A stretch of DNA of 64,000 nt from Pseudomonadota bacterium (lineage in GTDB: Bacteria; Myxococcota_A; UBA9042; CAIXZC01), in NCBI GenBank assembly GCA_043815665.1, contig JBDRIT010000251.1:2818-66817 (forward strand), in the 5' to 3' direction. Of this stretch, positions 46,398-55,647 are shown piece after piece. Both the position numbers and the translations under genes were made by a program. The first letter of the stretch is position 1; each line of letters opens with the position of its first letter. The notes beneath the pieces were generated by a model, which was given only the letters and a program-made list of their open reading frames with translations, was not told where the DNA came from and did not search any database.

Positions 46398-47422
46398 CGG
46401 TCGCCTTCCCCGGAGTCGGGGTCCAGGCGTCGCCAGAGGGCCGTGCGCTGGCAGATTGATGGCGCCGGCCTGGCGGGATCTCCGGTCTCCCGCAGGGACC
46501 GGGCCGGGCACGCGTAGCACCAGGGCCGGTCCGCGCACTCCATGCAGCCCGTGGACGTGCCCCAGGTGAGACTCCGGAGGGGTCGGAGCGACGGAGGGTC
46601 CCGCCACAGGTCGGCGAGGCGCTCGTCCCGCACGTTTCCGAGGGTCTCGGGCCACTCGAGGCAGGGGCGTACGTTGCCGTCGGGGCCGACGTAGAGGGAG
46701 AGCCGCCCGGCGAGGCAGACGGGCTCGTCGGCCCGCACCTCCCTGCGGGGTGGGCGGTCACCGAAGGCAGTCTCCCATTGCTCCTGCCTGGAGGACTCGC
46801 CGACCCAGAGCCCATCGAGGGGGTAGCCCTCGAAGCAGCCGATGTCCTTGAGTTCGTTGATCGCTACGGTGCGGATCCCCTGGGCGAGGAGCCCGCTGCG
46901 GACCGTCGAGAAGTCCTCCTCGAAACCCTGGAGCAGGGTCACCACGGCCTCCACCCGGACCCCCAGCGCCTGCAGACGCAGGATCGTGGCGAGGCTGCGG
47001 TCGAAGGAGCCGGGGAGGCGGGTCACCTCATCGTGGACCAACCGACGGTGGCTGTAGAGGCTCACATGGACCGTGCGCACCCCGAGCTTCGCCAGGGTGT
47101 CGCAGTCCTCGGGCCGGCACAGGGTCCCCGAGGTCTTCACCAGCACCATGAATCCCCGACGCCGGGCCTCCCCGACGATGTCGAGGAAGTCCGGACGGGT
47201 GAAGACCTCCCCGCCGCTGAACAGGAGACTCATCACCCCCATGTCGGCGAGCTGTTCGAGGACATCGACGAGGTCGGCGAGGGACAGCTCCTTGGGCGCG
47301 TCGCCGCCGAGGTAGCAGTGTCGGCACCGCAGGGGGCAGCGCCAGGTCGGGTCGATGTGTGCATGGAACAGACGCCCGTGACGAAGATATCGCTGGTAGA
47401 GCCAGGCTACGTGGTCGGACAC
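46394..47422 (-). CDS. Radical SAM / SPASM-domain peptide-modifying maturase.
   Basis: CxxxCxxC cluster WRCPLRCRHCY near the N-terminus. C-terminal auxiliary-cluster Cys pattern (…VCLAGR…GNVRPCLEW…GCMECADRPWCYACPA). 342 aa. Confidence 0.9.
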   Translation of the reverse strand: MSDHVAWLYQRYLRHGRLFHAHIDPTWRCPLRCRHCYLGGDAPKELSLADLVDVLEQLADMGVMSLLFSGGEVFTRPDFLDIVGEARRRGFMVLVKTSGTLCRPEDCDTLAKLGVRTVHVSLYSHRRLVHDEVTRLPGSFDRSLATILRLQALGVRVEAVVTLLQGFEEDFSTVRSGLLAQGIRTVAINELKDIGCFEGYPLDGLWVGESSRQEQWETAFGDRPPRREVRADEPVCLAGRLSLYVGPDGNVRPCLEWPETLGNVRDERLADLWRDPPSLRPLRSLTWGTSTGCMECADRPWCYACPARSLRETGDPARPAPSICQRTALWRRLDPDSGEGDR

Positions 47423-48222
47423 GTCAACCTCCGGAAGAGCGCCCGATCCAGATCCTTGAGGGAGACGTCCATCATCCGACAGGGGACCTCGGCGACGATC
47501 TTTATGAGGCGGTCCATCAGCAGGGCAGAGAGGGTGGGGGAGCCGGGGAAGAGGACGGCGTTGCGGATCGCCAGGCGGAGGGCTTCGGCGACGGGCAGGG
47601 CGGGTCCCAGGGTGGTCCTCCCGCCTCGACGGAGGAACAGGAGGCCACCCAGGGGGAGGGTCCCCGTCCCCGTAGCGTTGACCCCCCCGGCGCGCCAGAG
47701 GCCGTCGTCACCGGGCACCAGCGTGGTGAGGTCGTCCGTGATCTTCCTGTCGGGGTCGAGCCGGTTGACGACGGTGCTCTTTCCTGTCGCGTGGGGCGCA
47801 GGGAAGGTCCAGGCGCGGCCGCTCTGCGCCGATGTGGACGCGTGGAGGACCACGCCGAGACCCTCCTCCAGCAGGGCGGCGACCCCGGTCGCAGCCAGGG
47901 TCAGGGTCAGCTGGTCCATCATCTCGCCCGGCCGCAGCGAGGGATCCAGTGTCAGTCCACATCCTCCGGAGTCGATGTACGCGACGGCACCTCGCGCCTG
48001 GAACGACAATCGCCCCCGCTCCTCTACGAATCTCGGTTCGCTCGACGCGGGCTCCGAGGGACCGATCACCACGTCGAGGATGCGATGGACGCGGCGCGGC
48101 CACGGGTCGTATCGAAGCGTCTTGGGAGGCGCCGCCGCCCGGACGAGCTTGTCCAGCCGGATGGGATCCAATGCGGGATCGAAGTGGGCTTCGAAGCTGA
48201 CCGGGCCGAAGGCGAGGTTCAT
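47407..48222 (-). CDS. HPr kinase C-terminal-domain-related P-loop protein (HprK-related kinase of RiPP-type cassettes).
   Basis: GVVLHASTSAQSGRAWTFPAPHATGKSTVVNRL matches the HprK C-domain core (…LHAS…G…GxSGxGKST). The start is set at ATG 48222 (MNLAFGPVSFEAHF…). The upstream 53 codons of the long ORF overlap the precursor ORF in another frame. Confidence 0.65.
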   Translation of the reverse strand: MNLAFGPVSFEAHFDPALDPIRLDKLVRAAAPPKTLRYDPWPRRVHRILDVVIGPSEPASSEPRFVEERGRLSFQARGAVAYIDSGGCGLTLDPSLRPGEMMDQLTLTLAATGVAALLEEGLGVVLHASTSAQSGRAWTFPAPHATGKSTVVNRLDPDRKITDDLTTLVPGDDGLWRAGGVNATGTGTLPLGGLLFLRRGGRTTLGPALPVAEALRLAIRNAVLFPGSPTLSALLMDRLIKIVAEVPCRMMDVSLKDLDRALFRRLTCPTT

Positions 48223-48265
48223 CTGCGGAGGTGGCGGTTTGGGGCTGGCGGGATGGGTCCCCGGA

Positions 48266-48415
48266 TCAGCCAGTGGGGGTCTGCCAGCCGCAGCCCCCGC
48301 CGCTGAGCGCCTGGAACAAGCATCCCGACTGGAGGACGTTCTTCTCGAAGCCCTCGCGGACCTCGACCACCGGCTGCACATAGGCCTTCTTCATCTGCTT
48401 GGCGTCATTCATCAT
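48266..48415 (-). CDS. Putative RiPP precursor peptide (49 aa): MMNDAKQMKKAYVQPVVEVREGFEKNVLQSGCLFQALSGGGCGWQTPTG.
   Basis: A perfect AGGAGG lies 8 nt upstream of ATGATG (minus strand). The peptide has a charged leader-like N-half and a Gly/Cys/Ser/Thr-containing C-half. It sits directly upstream of the kinase-like, rSAM/SPASM and peptidase genes on the same strand, with a 43-nt spacer to the next gene. Confidence 0.55.
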   Translation of the reverse strand: MMNDAKQMKKAYVQPVVEVREGFEKNVLQSGCLFQALSGGGCGWQTPTG

Positions 48416-48471
48416 GGAGTGACCTCCTACGTGGGGACAGTGTATCGAACCATCCCCGGGTGTCAATCGAC

Positions 48472-51400
48472 TCAGCGGACCAGCACCAGGTAACCTGCCC
48501 CGTTGGTCCCGACCATCATGTCCGGGTGTCCGTCGCCGGTGAAGTCACTGAGCGGGGCGATACGGAGGCCGCCGAAGTCCAGGTTGCCGGGCTCGAAGGG
48601 ATCCTCGATGGTCAGATCCAGCTCCTGGAAGCTGCCCATACCGTGGATCCCCGGGAGGTTGTGCCGGACATAGACGGAGCCGAAGAAGGAGAACCCGTTG
48701 AAGTCGCCGTACACCAGGTCTCCCGAGCACTCGGGCTGGATCGGTGAGTCGTCGAAGTTTCCGAGGAGCCCGATGGACTGGAAGTTGCCCTGGATGATGG
48801 TCCCCGCAGAGCCGACCCAGGCGCTCCCCGCAGCCGTGACCGCGCCGATCGTCAAGGTGGTCCCGATGGCTCCGCCGATCGCGTCCCCGCGGAAGAGATA
48901 GATCGACAGGCCGTTGGAGAGGGCCGCCTGCAAGTGGGCGCCGATCACCTCGGGGATCCCGTCACAGTCCAGGTCCTCGCCGAGGATCTGTCCGAAGAAC
49001 CAGTCCGCCGCCGCCAGGCTGCCCTGGGGGCGCAGCCGCACCGCTGCGGCGTCCTCGCTCCCGCTCCCGTCCAGGGTCGACGAGAGAGAGATCGCAGCGG
49101 TGCTGACCATCGCCCGTCCCCGGACGACGAAGGCTGCGGATGGCCCCGTGTACTGGCTGATGACGATGTCGTCGTACTGGGTCCCCTCGCCGTCCCCGTC
49201 CGGGAGGACGTTGCCGACCCCGCTGGCGCTGATGCCGAACCAGTCGTTGGCGGTGCCGCCGACCTGGCTGATCTTGAGGATCAGGGAGGCCGCCTGGTCC
49301 CCGGCGTCCTCGAGGTCGATCTCCAGGGGCGCGACGCCCCAGTTGGCGTTGCCGGGCACGACGTAGACCGTGTTCTTCTGGGGCGCGGCGACGACGATGT
49401 CGTCGATGGGGATCTGACCGTTCAGATCGCCATTGAAGTTGCCGGCGCCGGCGATGGGGACGAAGTTGACCCAGAGGAGCCCGGTCGTCCCGAAGACCAG
49501 GGAGACCTCCGGCGAGGTGCTGAGCACCCCGGAGGCCTTTCCGAGGTAGATGCGCACCCGCGTCCTGTCGGTGCCGTCGGCGTCCTTGTAGGAGACCACG
49601 GCGACGTCGTCGTAGCCGTCGCCGTTCACGTCCCCCACACCCGCCAGATCCAGGCCGACCTGGCTCTGGACGCCGTCGAAGAGACATTGCGTGAGCGCAT
49701 CCTGCGAGAGATCGATGGACGCGGGCGGATCCTCCCGCCCCTGCATGAGGCAGAAGCCGTTCTCGCCGTAAGCGCCGAGGAGCAGGTCTTCGAGGTCGTC
49801 GCCGTTGATGTCACCGGCGCGCACCGGGGTTGCGTCCATGTTGCCGTCGGTGTAGGAGCCGCGGAGCACCTCGGTGTATTGGAGGCGCACGGCGTTGGTG
49901 GATTTGGAGTTCGCCGTGCTGAACGGGGAGACGTTGCCCACATCGTCGTAGGCCAGCACTCCGAAGTAGAACATCGACGAGGGATCGACGCCCGTGACGA
50001 ATCGGCACGGGTCCGCTGGCGCACGGTTGTCGGGACCGGCGACGACAAAGGCTTCGAGCGCCCCGGGGGTCGCCGGCGCCGGTGGCTCAGCGTTCTGGGT
50101 CAGACCCGAGAGGTCGCAGGCCTGGTCGAAGTTCACGGGGGTGATGGGCGCGGTGGAGAAACGGACCTCGTAGGAGGCCGCAGCACCTCCGGCGTTGCCG
50201 TCGTCGCCGACGGCTGACCACTTGAGGGTCACCGCGGGTCGCCGCGGGTTGACGTCCGCCGCGGGGTTGATGGTCTGGAGGACCACGCCGGCTGGCGGGG
50301 TCACGTCCACGTTGAGGGTCAGGGTCGTCGCTCCGTTGTTCCCGGCCGCATCGGTGGCGGTCGCGGTGAGGGTCCGCTGAGCGGCCTCCCCCAGGGTGAC
50401 GTCGGAGGGCCAGGAGTAGGCGAAGGGCGCTCCGGTCATGGACGTCTCGCCGAGGGTTGTCGGCGGGCCACCCGTGTCGGTGGTCAGAGTCACCTCGCCG
50501 CCAGTGAGGTTGTCGCCGGTGACGTTCACCGCGACGGTGAGCTGGCAGCCACCCGCACCGGGGTTCTTGTCGTTGGCCTGGTTGAGGATGCTCGTGGAGG
50601 GCGTCGGTGCAGTGAAGGCAACCACGGGGAGCGTGAGGTCCACGCTGTAGGACCAGTCACCCGTGGTGTCCCCGGTCTCTGCACCGCCGACGAGGAGTCG
50701 GGCCTCGAAGGCGACGCTGTCCCCGTCATCCAGGGTCAGCGGGAACGCCACGGAGCTGCCTGCGGTGACTGCGAGGGTGGCCTCCACCTGACCGTCCTTG
50801 TACAGCCGCACCTGATCCACCGCACCACAGCCCGTGGTGAAGGTCGCCGTGAGGTCGGTCGCGATGGTCGCACAGCTCTGGCCGGGCGGGTCGCAGTCGG
50901 CCGTGTTGTACCAGCCGGAGGCGGGCGCGTCGATGAAGCTCACCTGGCACGCGGTGAAGGTGAGGGTCAGGTTCGCCGAGAGGACGGAGGTGTTTCCGAC
51001 CCCGTCGACGATCACGACCTGCACCTGTCTGTACTCGATCTCCGCGTCGACCGTCCCGACGGTGATGAGCTCGCTGACGGTGACGAGGGACTCGTCGGGC
51101 AGGGTCCCCGTCTTGGCGGGGACGCCACCGGCGCACCCGGTGAAGGATGCGTCCGGGCATTTGGCCAGCTTGATCGTCCAGCCCGCTGCGCCGGACGCCT
51201 CGAACTCCGTCAGGAACTGGAAGCCCGGGATCGTCAGCGACGCGTCGTCGCCATCGGTGAAGCCGACCGCTGGTGCAGGCTGGTTGAGGGTCGCCGATGG
51301 CGGGCTGCGGTCCACGAAGATGTACTCGGGTGACGTGACGGCAAGCGCCTCGTTGTTCGCGTCGTCCCGGACCCAGCCGCGGAGCTGGTAGGCCCCGTCC

Positions 51401-54400
51401 TGGGCGAGGATGCCGCTGAAGGTGACCTGCCCCTGTGCGTTCGGTGCCCCGGAAGAGAGCTCGACCCAGGTGCCCCCCACGTTCCGCTCCAGGTGGACGT
51501 CGTTCCCGTCCGTGCCGCTGGCCACGAGGTGTGTGTCCGGCGAGGAGCCCTGGATCAGGGGCGAGCTGGCCGGCGCTGTGAACGAGAGCACCGGCACCGC
51601 CGTGTCGACGAAGACCTCGATCCCGTATGGCGTGCTCACGTTGCCGACCTGGTCGATGGCCAGGATCTGGAGGGTGTTCAGCCCTTCGAAGAGTGCCAGC
51701 GCCAGATCCACCTGGGAGCCGGCCATGCTCACCTCCTCGATGAGGATCCCGTTGTCCCAGACCTTCATGGTGCCGGTCTCTGCGCTGGTGAGGGTGACCT
51801 CTGCGATGTACGTCGACGGCGCGGCGTCGACCTCCGCCTGGTTGAGGGTCCCGAGGGGCGGCAGGGTGTCGGATGGGAAGGCCACACCCGAGATCACCGG
51901 GGCGACGATGTCCAGCCAGTAGTGGCGGTCCTGCTTCGTGTAGTTCGGCGTGTTGGTGGAGAGGACCCAGGTCCCCGTGTTGGAGAGGGCCTCGGCGATC
52001 ATTCGATGGTACCCGGACGGGAGCGCCGCGACTTCGGCCGCCGTGAGCTGCACGAACACGCTGCCGCCGCCGTGGTTCACGGACTTGACCACCCGGAACT
52101 TCACCGGGCCGTCAGTGGTCTCACAGAGAGCTGCACCCTGGGCGGCGAGGGTCGGGTGCGCGGAGCAGATCCGCAGGGGCGCCGTCTCCGACGAGAAGAG
52201 TTCCGCCGGCTGGGACTTGGCGTCGACTTTATGGGCGCCGTTCTTCCAGGGGAACATGCACTTCTTCGACCCGTCGACCGGCTTGCAGATGCCCGTGGCG
52301 GAGCAGTCGCCGTTGTCCACGCAGAGATCGAAGGAGACGTAGTCGGAGCCCTCGAGCCTCACCTGAGTGGTCGTGAGGAAGAACTGGACTGCGAAGATCA
52401 AGCTGTCCGTGTTGCCCGCAGCGTCGGAGACCGACACCACGATCTGGTGCACACCCTCCCCGAAAGTCATCTGCGGGAACACGACCTCTCCGGTCTGCCC
52501 GTCGGGGATCCCCTCGCCAAGGATCACCGAGGTCGCCTCGGGAGCGCCGATCTCCGGCGTGATCAGCAGGTCCACAGACTGGCCCGCCTCGAGGCCCTGA
52601 ACCCCCACGATGAGGGTGTACTGGTAGCCCTCGGCAGCGGGGTCCTCATCGAGGCTGGCCGGCATCAACTCAAAGTCCGGCTGCATGAATCCGGTGATCA
52701 CCGGTGCCGTGCGGTCGACGATGACGGTCACGGCGGTCGAGTCTGCAGACTGTCCGGCGAGGTCCTCCACCGAAGCGCCGAGGGTGCACGTGGCGCCGTC
52801 CGCGAGCGCTACGCCTGGCCAGGACACCGCATCTCCAGCGACGGCTCCGGGGATCGTCGTCGGGGCGCCACAGTCCACCGTCAGCGACGCCGCGCTGCCG
52901 TTCTCTGCGTTGGTGGTCACCGCGGTGACCACCAGGCTGCAACCGGGGAGGCCGGCCGCACAGAGGTTCGAGGCCAGGTTGAGGATCGCACCATCCTCGG
53001 GCGCGGTCAGGGCGATGGTCGGGGTGCCGTCCTTGAGGAGCACCGAGCGGGTGCCGGAGTACCCGACCTCCGCGTGGGAGGGATGGATCGCAGAAGCCTG
53101 GATCTTCACGGGGACGCCAGGGGTGAGGCCGTCGAGGGAGAACTGGTAGAGGCCGCCCGGGCCCGCCGTCTGATTCCCGAACTCCGCACCGTCCACGAAG
53201 AGGGTGACCGTCGCGTCCTCGAGGGGGATCGCACCGTCGGAGGAGGTCACGGACAGGGTGACCGGGACCGGCTGGCTCGAGACCACGATGTTCTTGGTGG
53301 GGCTGGTGAAGACGACCTTGGGTGCGTCCACGGCGAAGGAGAAGGTTGTCTGGGCCGGCACCGTGACGTGCCCCGCGGCGTCCGTCACCGTGAGGTCGAT
53401 CGTGTTGGTGCCGGGGGTGATGGTGAGGCCGTCGAAGTTCACTTCACCCGTGTCGGCGTCCGGGAAGAGACAGAGCGCCGCCTCGCCGTTGAAGGAGAGG
53501 CAGACCTCAACGAGATCCGGGTGGGCCTCGCCGGTGACCATGGCGTTGACGGCCACCTGGTTGCCGAGCTGATCCGCGTCGGTGTCCGGACAACTCGTCG
53601 GATCACAGATCGCGCCGTCCTGGGGCGTCAGGACGAAGATCTGTGGCCACAAGGCGTCGAGCTCCAGGGACACCTCGGTGAGGCTGCCCGGGTTCGCCGA
53701 GGCGGCGTTGCCGAAGCCGTCCATCGCGGCCGCAGTGAGGGTGTAGATCCCTTCGTCGAGCAGGGAGAGGTCCTCCATGACGCTGAACCCGAGCAGGGTC
53801 GCCTGGACCTCCGTGGTCCACGCCTCGGCGCCGCCCTGGGTGAGGGACAGGGTCACGATCTGGCCTTTCAGGAAGAGAGTCGCCCCCACGACCGAGAAGG
53901 CCTCCGCCGGGACGATCTCGCCGTCTTCTGGGTTGGTGAGGATCAGGAGGGGCGCGGGGAGGCCCACCGTGAGGGAGATCTCGGGAGACACCACCGGCGG
54001 GGCGTTGTTGTCCCTGGCGCGGCAGATGACCTGGCTCCCCACCAGCGCGGTGTTGATCTGGACATCCATGGTGTACTGCCCGTCCGGGGCCGCCGCGGAC
54101 ACGGTGAACATCCCCCCGTCGCGCCAGAGGGACCCGGACTGGTTCTTCCGGTACTGGACCTGGAGGACCGTCCCTGCGTCGGCGAGGGGCGCGTACACCA
54201 GGAAGGAGGTGTCCATGACGGACAGGGTCCCCGGCACGGTGTCAGCCGCCGCCAGGAGGGTGGCGCCGGACAGGGGTGAGAGGATCATCACGTTGGCCGG
54301 GGCCAGGAGCGAAACGACGTTGACGGACGCGGTCGCCAGGGCTCCGCAGCACGCGTCGGATGCGGCGACGGCGATCTCGTGCAGACCATCCGAGGCCAGG

Positions 54401-55548
54401 GTGATGGTGTCGACGGTGAAGACGCCGCCAGGCGCGGAGGTCACTGCGACCTCCACCCCGTCGATGGTGACCGTGATCTCGTCATCCGGGCCGAGGCCGG
54501 TGGCCAGGCCGTCAAGGACGAGCTGGATGCCGTTCTCCGGAACACCGTCCAGATCGTCGCCCAGGTTGACCGTGGTCGGGGACGGGGACGTGATCTCCAG
54601 GGTCGGGGGCACCGTGTCCAGGGTGTAGTCGAGCGCCGTGGACTCCGTCCGGGACTCGTCGGCGCTGTCGGCGACGTAGGCCGTGACGTTGGTCGCCTGG
54701 CAGTCGAGGTCGTCCACGCTGGCGGCGACGGTGATCTGGAGCTCCGCTTCACCGCCGACCAGGTTCACCTGCTCCGAGGCGCCCGTGTCCGTCTCCAGCC
54801 ATGCCGTGTCGCAGTCGGTTCCGCCGTTGGTGACCGTGAAGGTCGCCTGGAACCCGTCCATGTCCGGATCCCCGTCGACTGACAGACAGCTCTGGTTGCT
54901 CGGGGCCAGGGTTACGCCGCAGCTCCCCGTGTCCACGCAGACGGTCTTCGTGACGGTGATCAGATCCTCGGCAGAGATCACCATCTCGTGGCAATCGGGG
55001 TCCGTCGCGTTGGTGAGATGGACCATCGAGAAGCTGAAGATGTCGCCGGGGAGGTCCTGGGTGGCCACGGTGTTGCCGTCGATGTCCAGGGAGATCGTCG
55101 TCCCTGCCGGGACGTTCAGGGTCGTCACCTGGATGTCGACTTCGAGGGCCGGGGTCAGCGGGTAGAGGTCGTCCGAGGTTTCTTCGTTCTTGACGAGGTC
55201 CACCTGGTCGACGTCGGTCCCGACGCAGCCCGCGACGGGGGTCATGAGGCAGAAGGACAGCTCCGCCGGTGGGGGAGGCGGGACGTCCACGTCTGGCTCC
55301 ACCTCGTCGGGGACATCGGGGACGTCGGGGACGTCAGGGACGTCGGGGACATCGGAGACGTCCGGGACGTCCCCGGTGAACTCGTCCAGGACGTCCGTGA
55401 GGTCGAAGTCCACGACATCAGCGTCCCCCTCGAGATCAACCGAACTGTCCGGGACGTCCGTGATCGGGAGGGGCGGTGAGCTGTCCGGGCAGCCGATGAC
55501 GAGGGTCAGCATCATCGCCAGAACCGCTGCGATCGTGACTCGATTCAT
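48472..55548 (-). CDS. Giant surface lipoprotein (2358 aa). Order of parts: lipoprotein signal, (DVP)n acidic linker, many Ig-like/beta-sandwich segments, C-terminal FG-GAP/VCBS-type beta-propeller repeats.
   Basis: MNRVTIAAVLAMMLTLVIGC is a lipoprotein signal with GGAGG 8 nt upstream. FG-GAP-like motifs GDINGDDLEDLLLGAY, GDVNGDGYDDVAVVSY and FTGDGHPDMMVG lie near the C-terminus. Continuous 7-kb ORF. Confidence 0.8.
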   Translation of the reverse strand: MNRVTIAAVLAMMLTLVIGCPDSSPPLPITDVPDSSVDLEGDADVVDFDLTDVLDEFTGDVPDVSDVPDVPDVPDVPDVPDEVEPDVDVPPPPPAELSFCLMTPVAGCVGTDVDQVDLVKNEETSDDLYPLTPALEVDIQVTTLNVPAGTTISLDIDGNTVATQDLPGDIFSFSMVHLTNATDPDCHEMVISAEDLITVTKTVCVDTGSCGVTLAPSNQSCLSVDGDPDMDGFQATFTVTNGGTDCDTAWLETDTGASEQVNLVGGEAELQITVAASVDDLDCQATNVTAYVADSADESRTESTALDYTLDTVPPTLEITSPSPTTVNLGDDLDGVPENGIQLVLDGLATGLGPDDEITVTIDGVEVAVTSAPGGVFTVDTITLASDGLHEIAVAASDACCGALATASVNVVSLLAPANVMILSPLSGATLLAAADTVPGTLSVMDTSFLVYAPLADAGTVLQVQYRKNQSGSLWRDGGMFTVSAAAPDGQYTMDVQINTALVGSQVICRARDNNAPPVVSPEISLTVGLPAPLLILTNPEDGEIVPAEAFSVVGATLFLKGQIVTLSLTQGGAEAWTTEVQATLLGFSVMEDLSLLDEGIYTLTAAAMDGFGNAASANPGSLTEVSLELDALWPQIFVLTPQDGAICDPTSCPDTDADQLGNQVAVNAMVTGEAHPDLVEVCLSFNGEAALCLFPDADTGEVNFDGLTITPGTNTIDLTVTDAAGHVTVPAQTTFSFAVDAPKVVFTSPTKNIVVSSQPVPVTLSVTSSDGAIPLEDATVTLFVDGAEFGNQTAGPGGLYQFSLDGLTPGVPVKIQASAIHPSHAEVGYSGTRSVLLKDGTPTIALTAPEDGAILNLASNLCAAGLPGCSLVVTAVTTNAENGSAASLTVDCGAPTTIPGAVAGDAVSWPGVALADGATCTLGASVEDLAGQSADSTAVTVIVDRTAPVITGFMQPDFELMPASLDEDPAAEGYQYTLIVGVQGLEAGQSVDLLITPEIGAPEATSVILGEGIPDGQTGEVVFPQMTFGEGVHQIVVSVSDAAGNTDSLIFAVQFFLTTTQVRLEGSDYVSFDLCVDNGDCSATGICKPVDGSKKCMFPWKNGAHKVDAKSQPAELFSSETAPLRICSAHPTLAAQGAALCETTDGPVKFRVVKSVNHGGGSVFVQLTAAEVAALPSGYHRMIAEALSNTGTWVLSTNTPNYTKQDRHYWLDIVAPVISGVAFPSDTLPPLGTLNQAEVDAAPSTYIAEVTLTSAETGTMKVWDNGILIEEVSMAGSQVDLALALFEGLNTLQILAIDQVGNVSTPYGIEVFVDTAVPVLSFTAPASSPLIQGSSPDTHLVASGTDGNDVHLERNVGGTWVELSSGAPNAQGQVTFSGILAQDGAYQLRGWVRDDANNEALAVTSPEYIFVDRSPPSATLNQPAPAVGFTDGDDASLTIPGFQFLTEFEASGAAGWTIKLAKCPDASFTGCAGGVPAKTGTLPDESLVTVSELITVGTVDAEIEYRQVQVVIVDGVGNTSVLSANLTLTFTACQVSFIDAPASGWYNTADCDPPGQSCATIATDLTATFTTGCGAVDQVRLYKDGQVEATLAVTAGSSVAFPLTLDDGDSVAFEARLLVGGAETGDTTGDWSYSVDLTLPVVAFTAPTPSTSILNQANDKNPGAGGCQLTVAVNVTGDNLTGGEVTLTTDTGGPPTTLGETSMTGAPFAYSWPSDVTLGEAAQRTLTATATDAAGNNGATTLTLNVDVTPPAGVVLQTINPAADVNPRRPAVTLKWSAVGDDGNAGGAAASYEVRFSTAPITPVNFDQACDLSGLTQNAEPPAPATPGALEAFVVAGPDNRAPADPCRFVTGVDPSSMFYFGVLAYDDVGNVSPFSTANSKSTNAVRLQYTEVLRGSYTDGNMDATPVRAGDINGDDLEDLLLGAYGENGFCLMQGREDPPASIDLSQDALTQCLFDGVQSQVGLDLAGVGDVNGDGYDDVAVVSYKDADGTDRTRVRIYLGKASGVLSTSPEVSLVFGTTGLLWVNFVPIAGAGNFNGDLNGQIPIDDIVVAAPQKNTVYVVPGNANWGVAPLEIDLEDAGDQAASLILKISQVGGTANDWFGISASGVGNVLPDGDGEGTQYDDIVISQYTGPSAAFVVRGRAMVSTAAISLSSTLDGSGSEDAAAVRLRPQGSLAAADWFFGQILGEDLDCDGIPEVIGAHLQAALSNGLSIYLFRGDAIGGAIGTTLTIGAVTAAGSAWVGSAGTIIQGNFQSIGLLGNFDDSPIQPECSGDLVYGDFNGFSFFGSVYVRHNLPGIHGMGSFQELDLTIEDPFEPGNLDFGGLRIAPLSDFTGDGHPDMMVGTNGAGYLVLVR
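55300..55380 (-). repeat. Short tandem 9-bp repeat (GGACGTCGG / GGACATCGG on the plus strand) encoding a (DVP)n / DVSDVPDVPDVPDVPDVPDE acidic linker.
   Basis: Direct reading: gacatcggg gacgtcggg gacgtcagg gacgtcggg gacatcgga gacgtccgg gacgtcc. Confidence 0.8.
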
Positions 55549-55647
55549 GGTGGTACCTCCGAATGGGCGGGCTTTCCCGGGTGGTAGAGACCTCGACCGC
55601 CTTTGCGCCCTGTCAGGTCGGGTTGTCTGCATCACAAGTCTAAGCGT

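Noticed and set aside
46054-48493. Plus-strand ORFs 46054..46569, 46778..48493 (571 aa) and 47359..48306 across the RiPP-like cassette.
   Set aside because: Antisense to the rSAM, kinase-like and peptidase genes, which carry unambiguous motifs. Composition is low-complexity.
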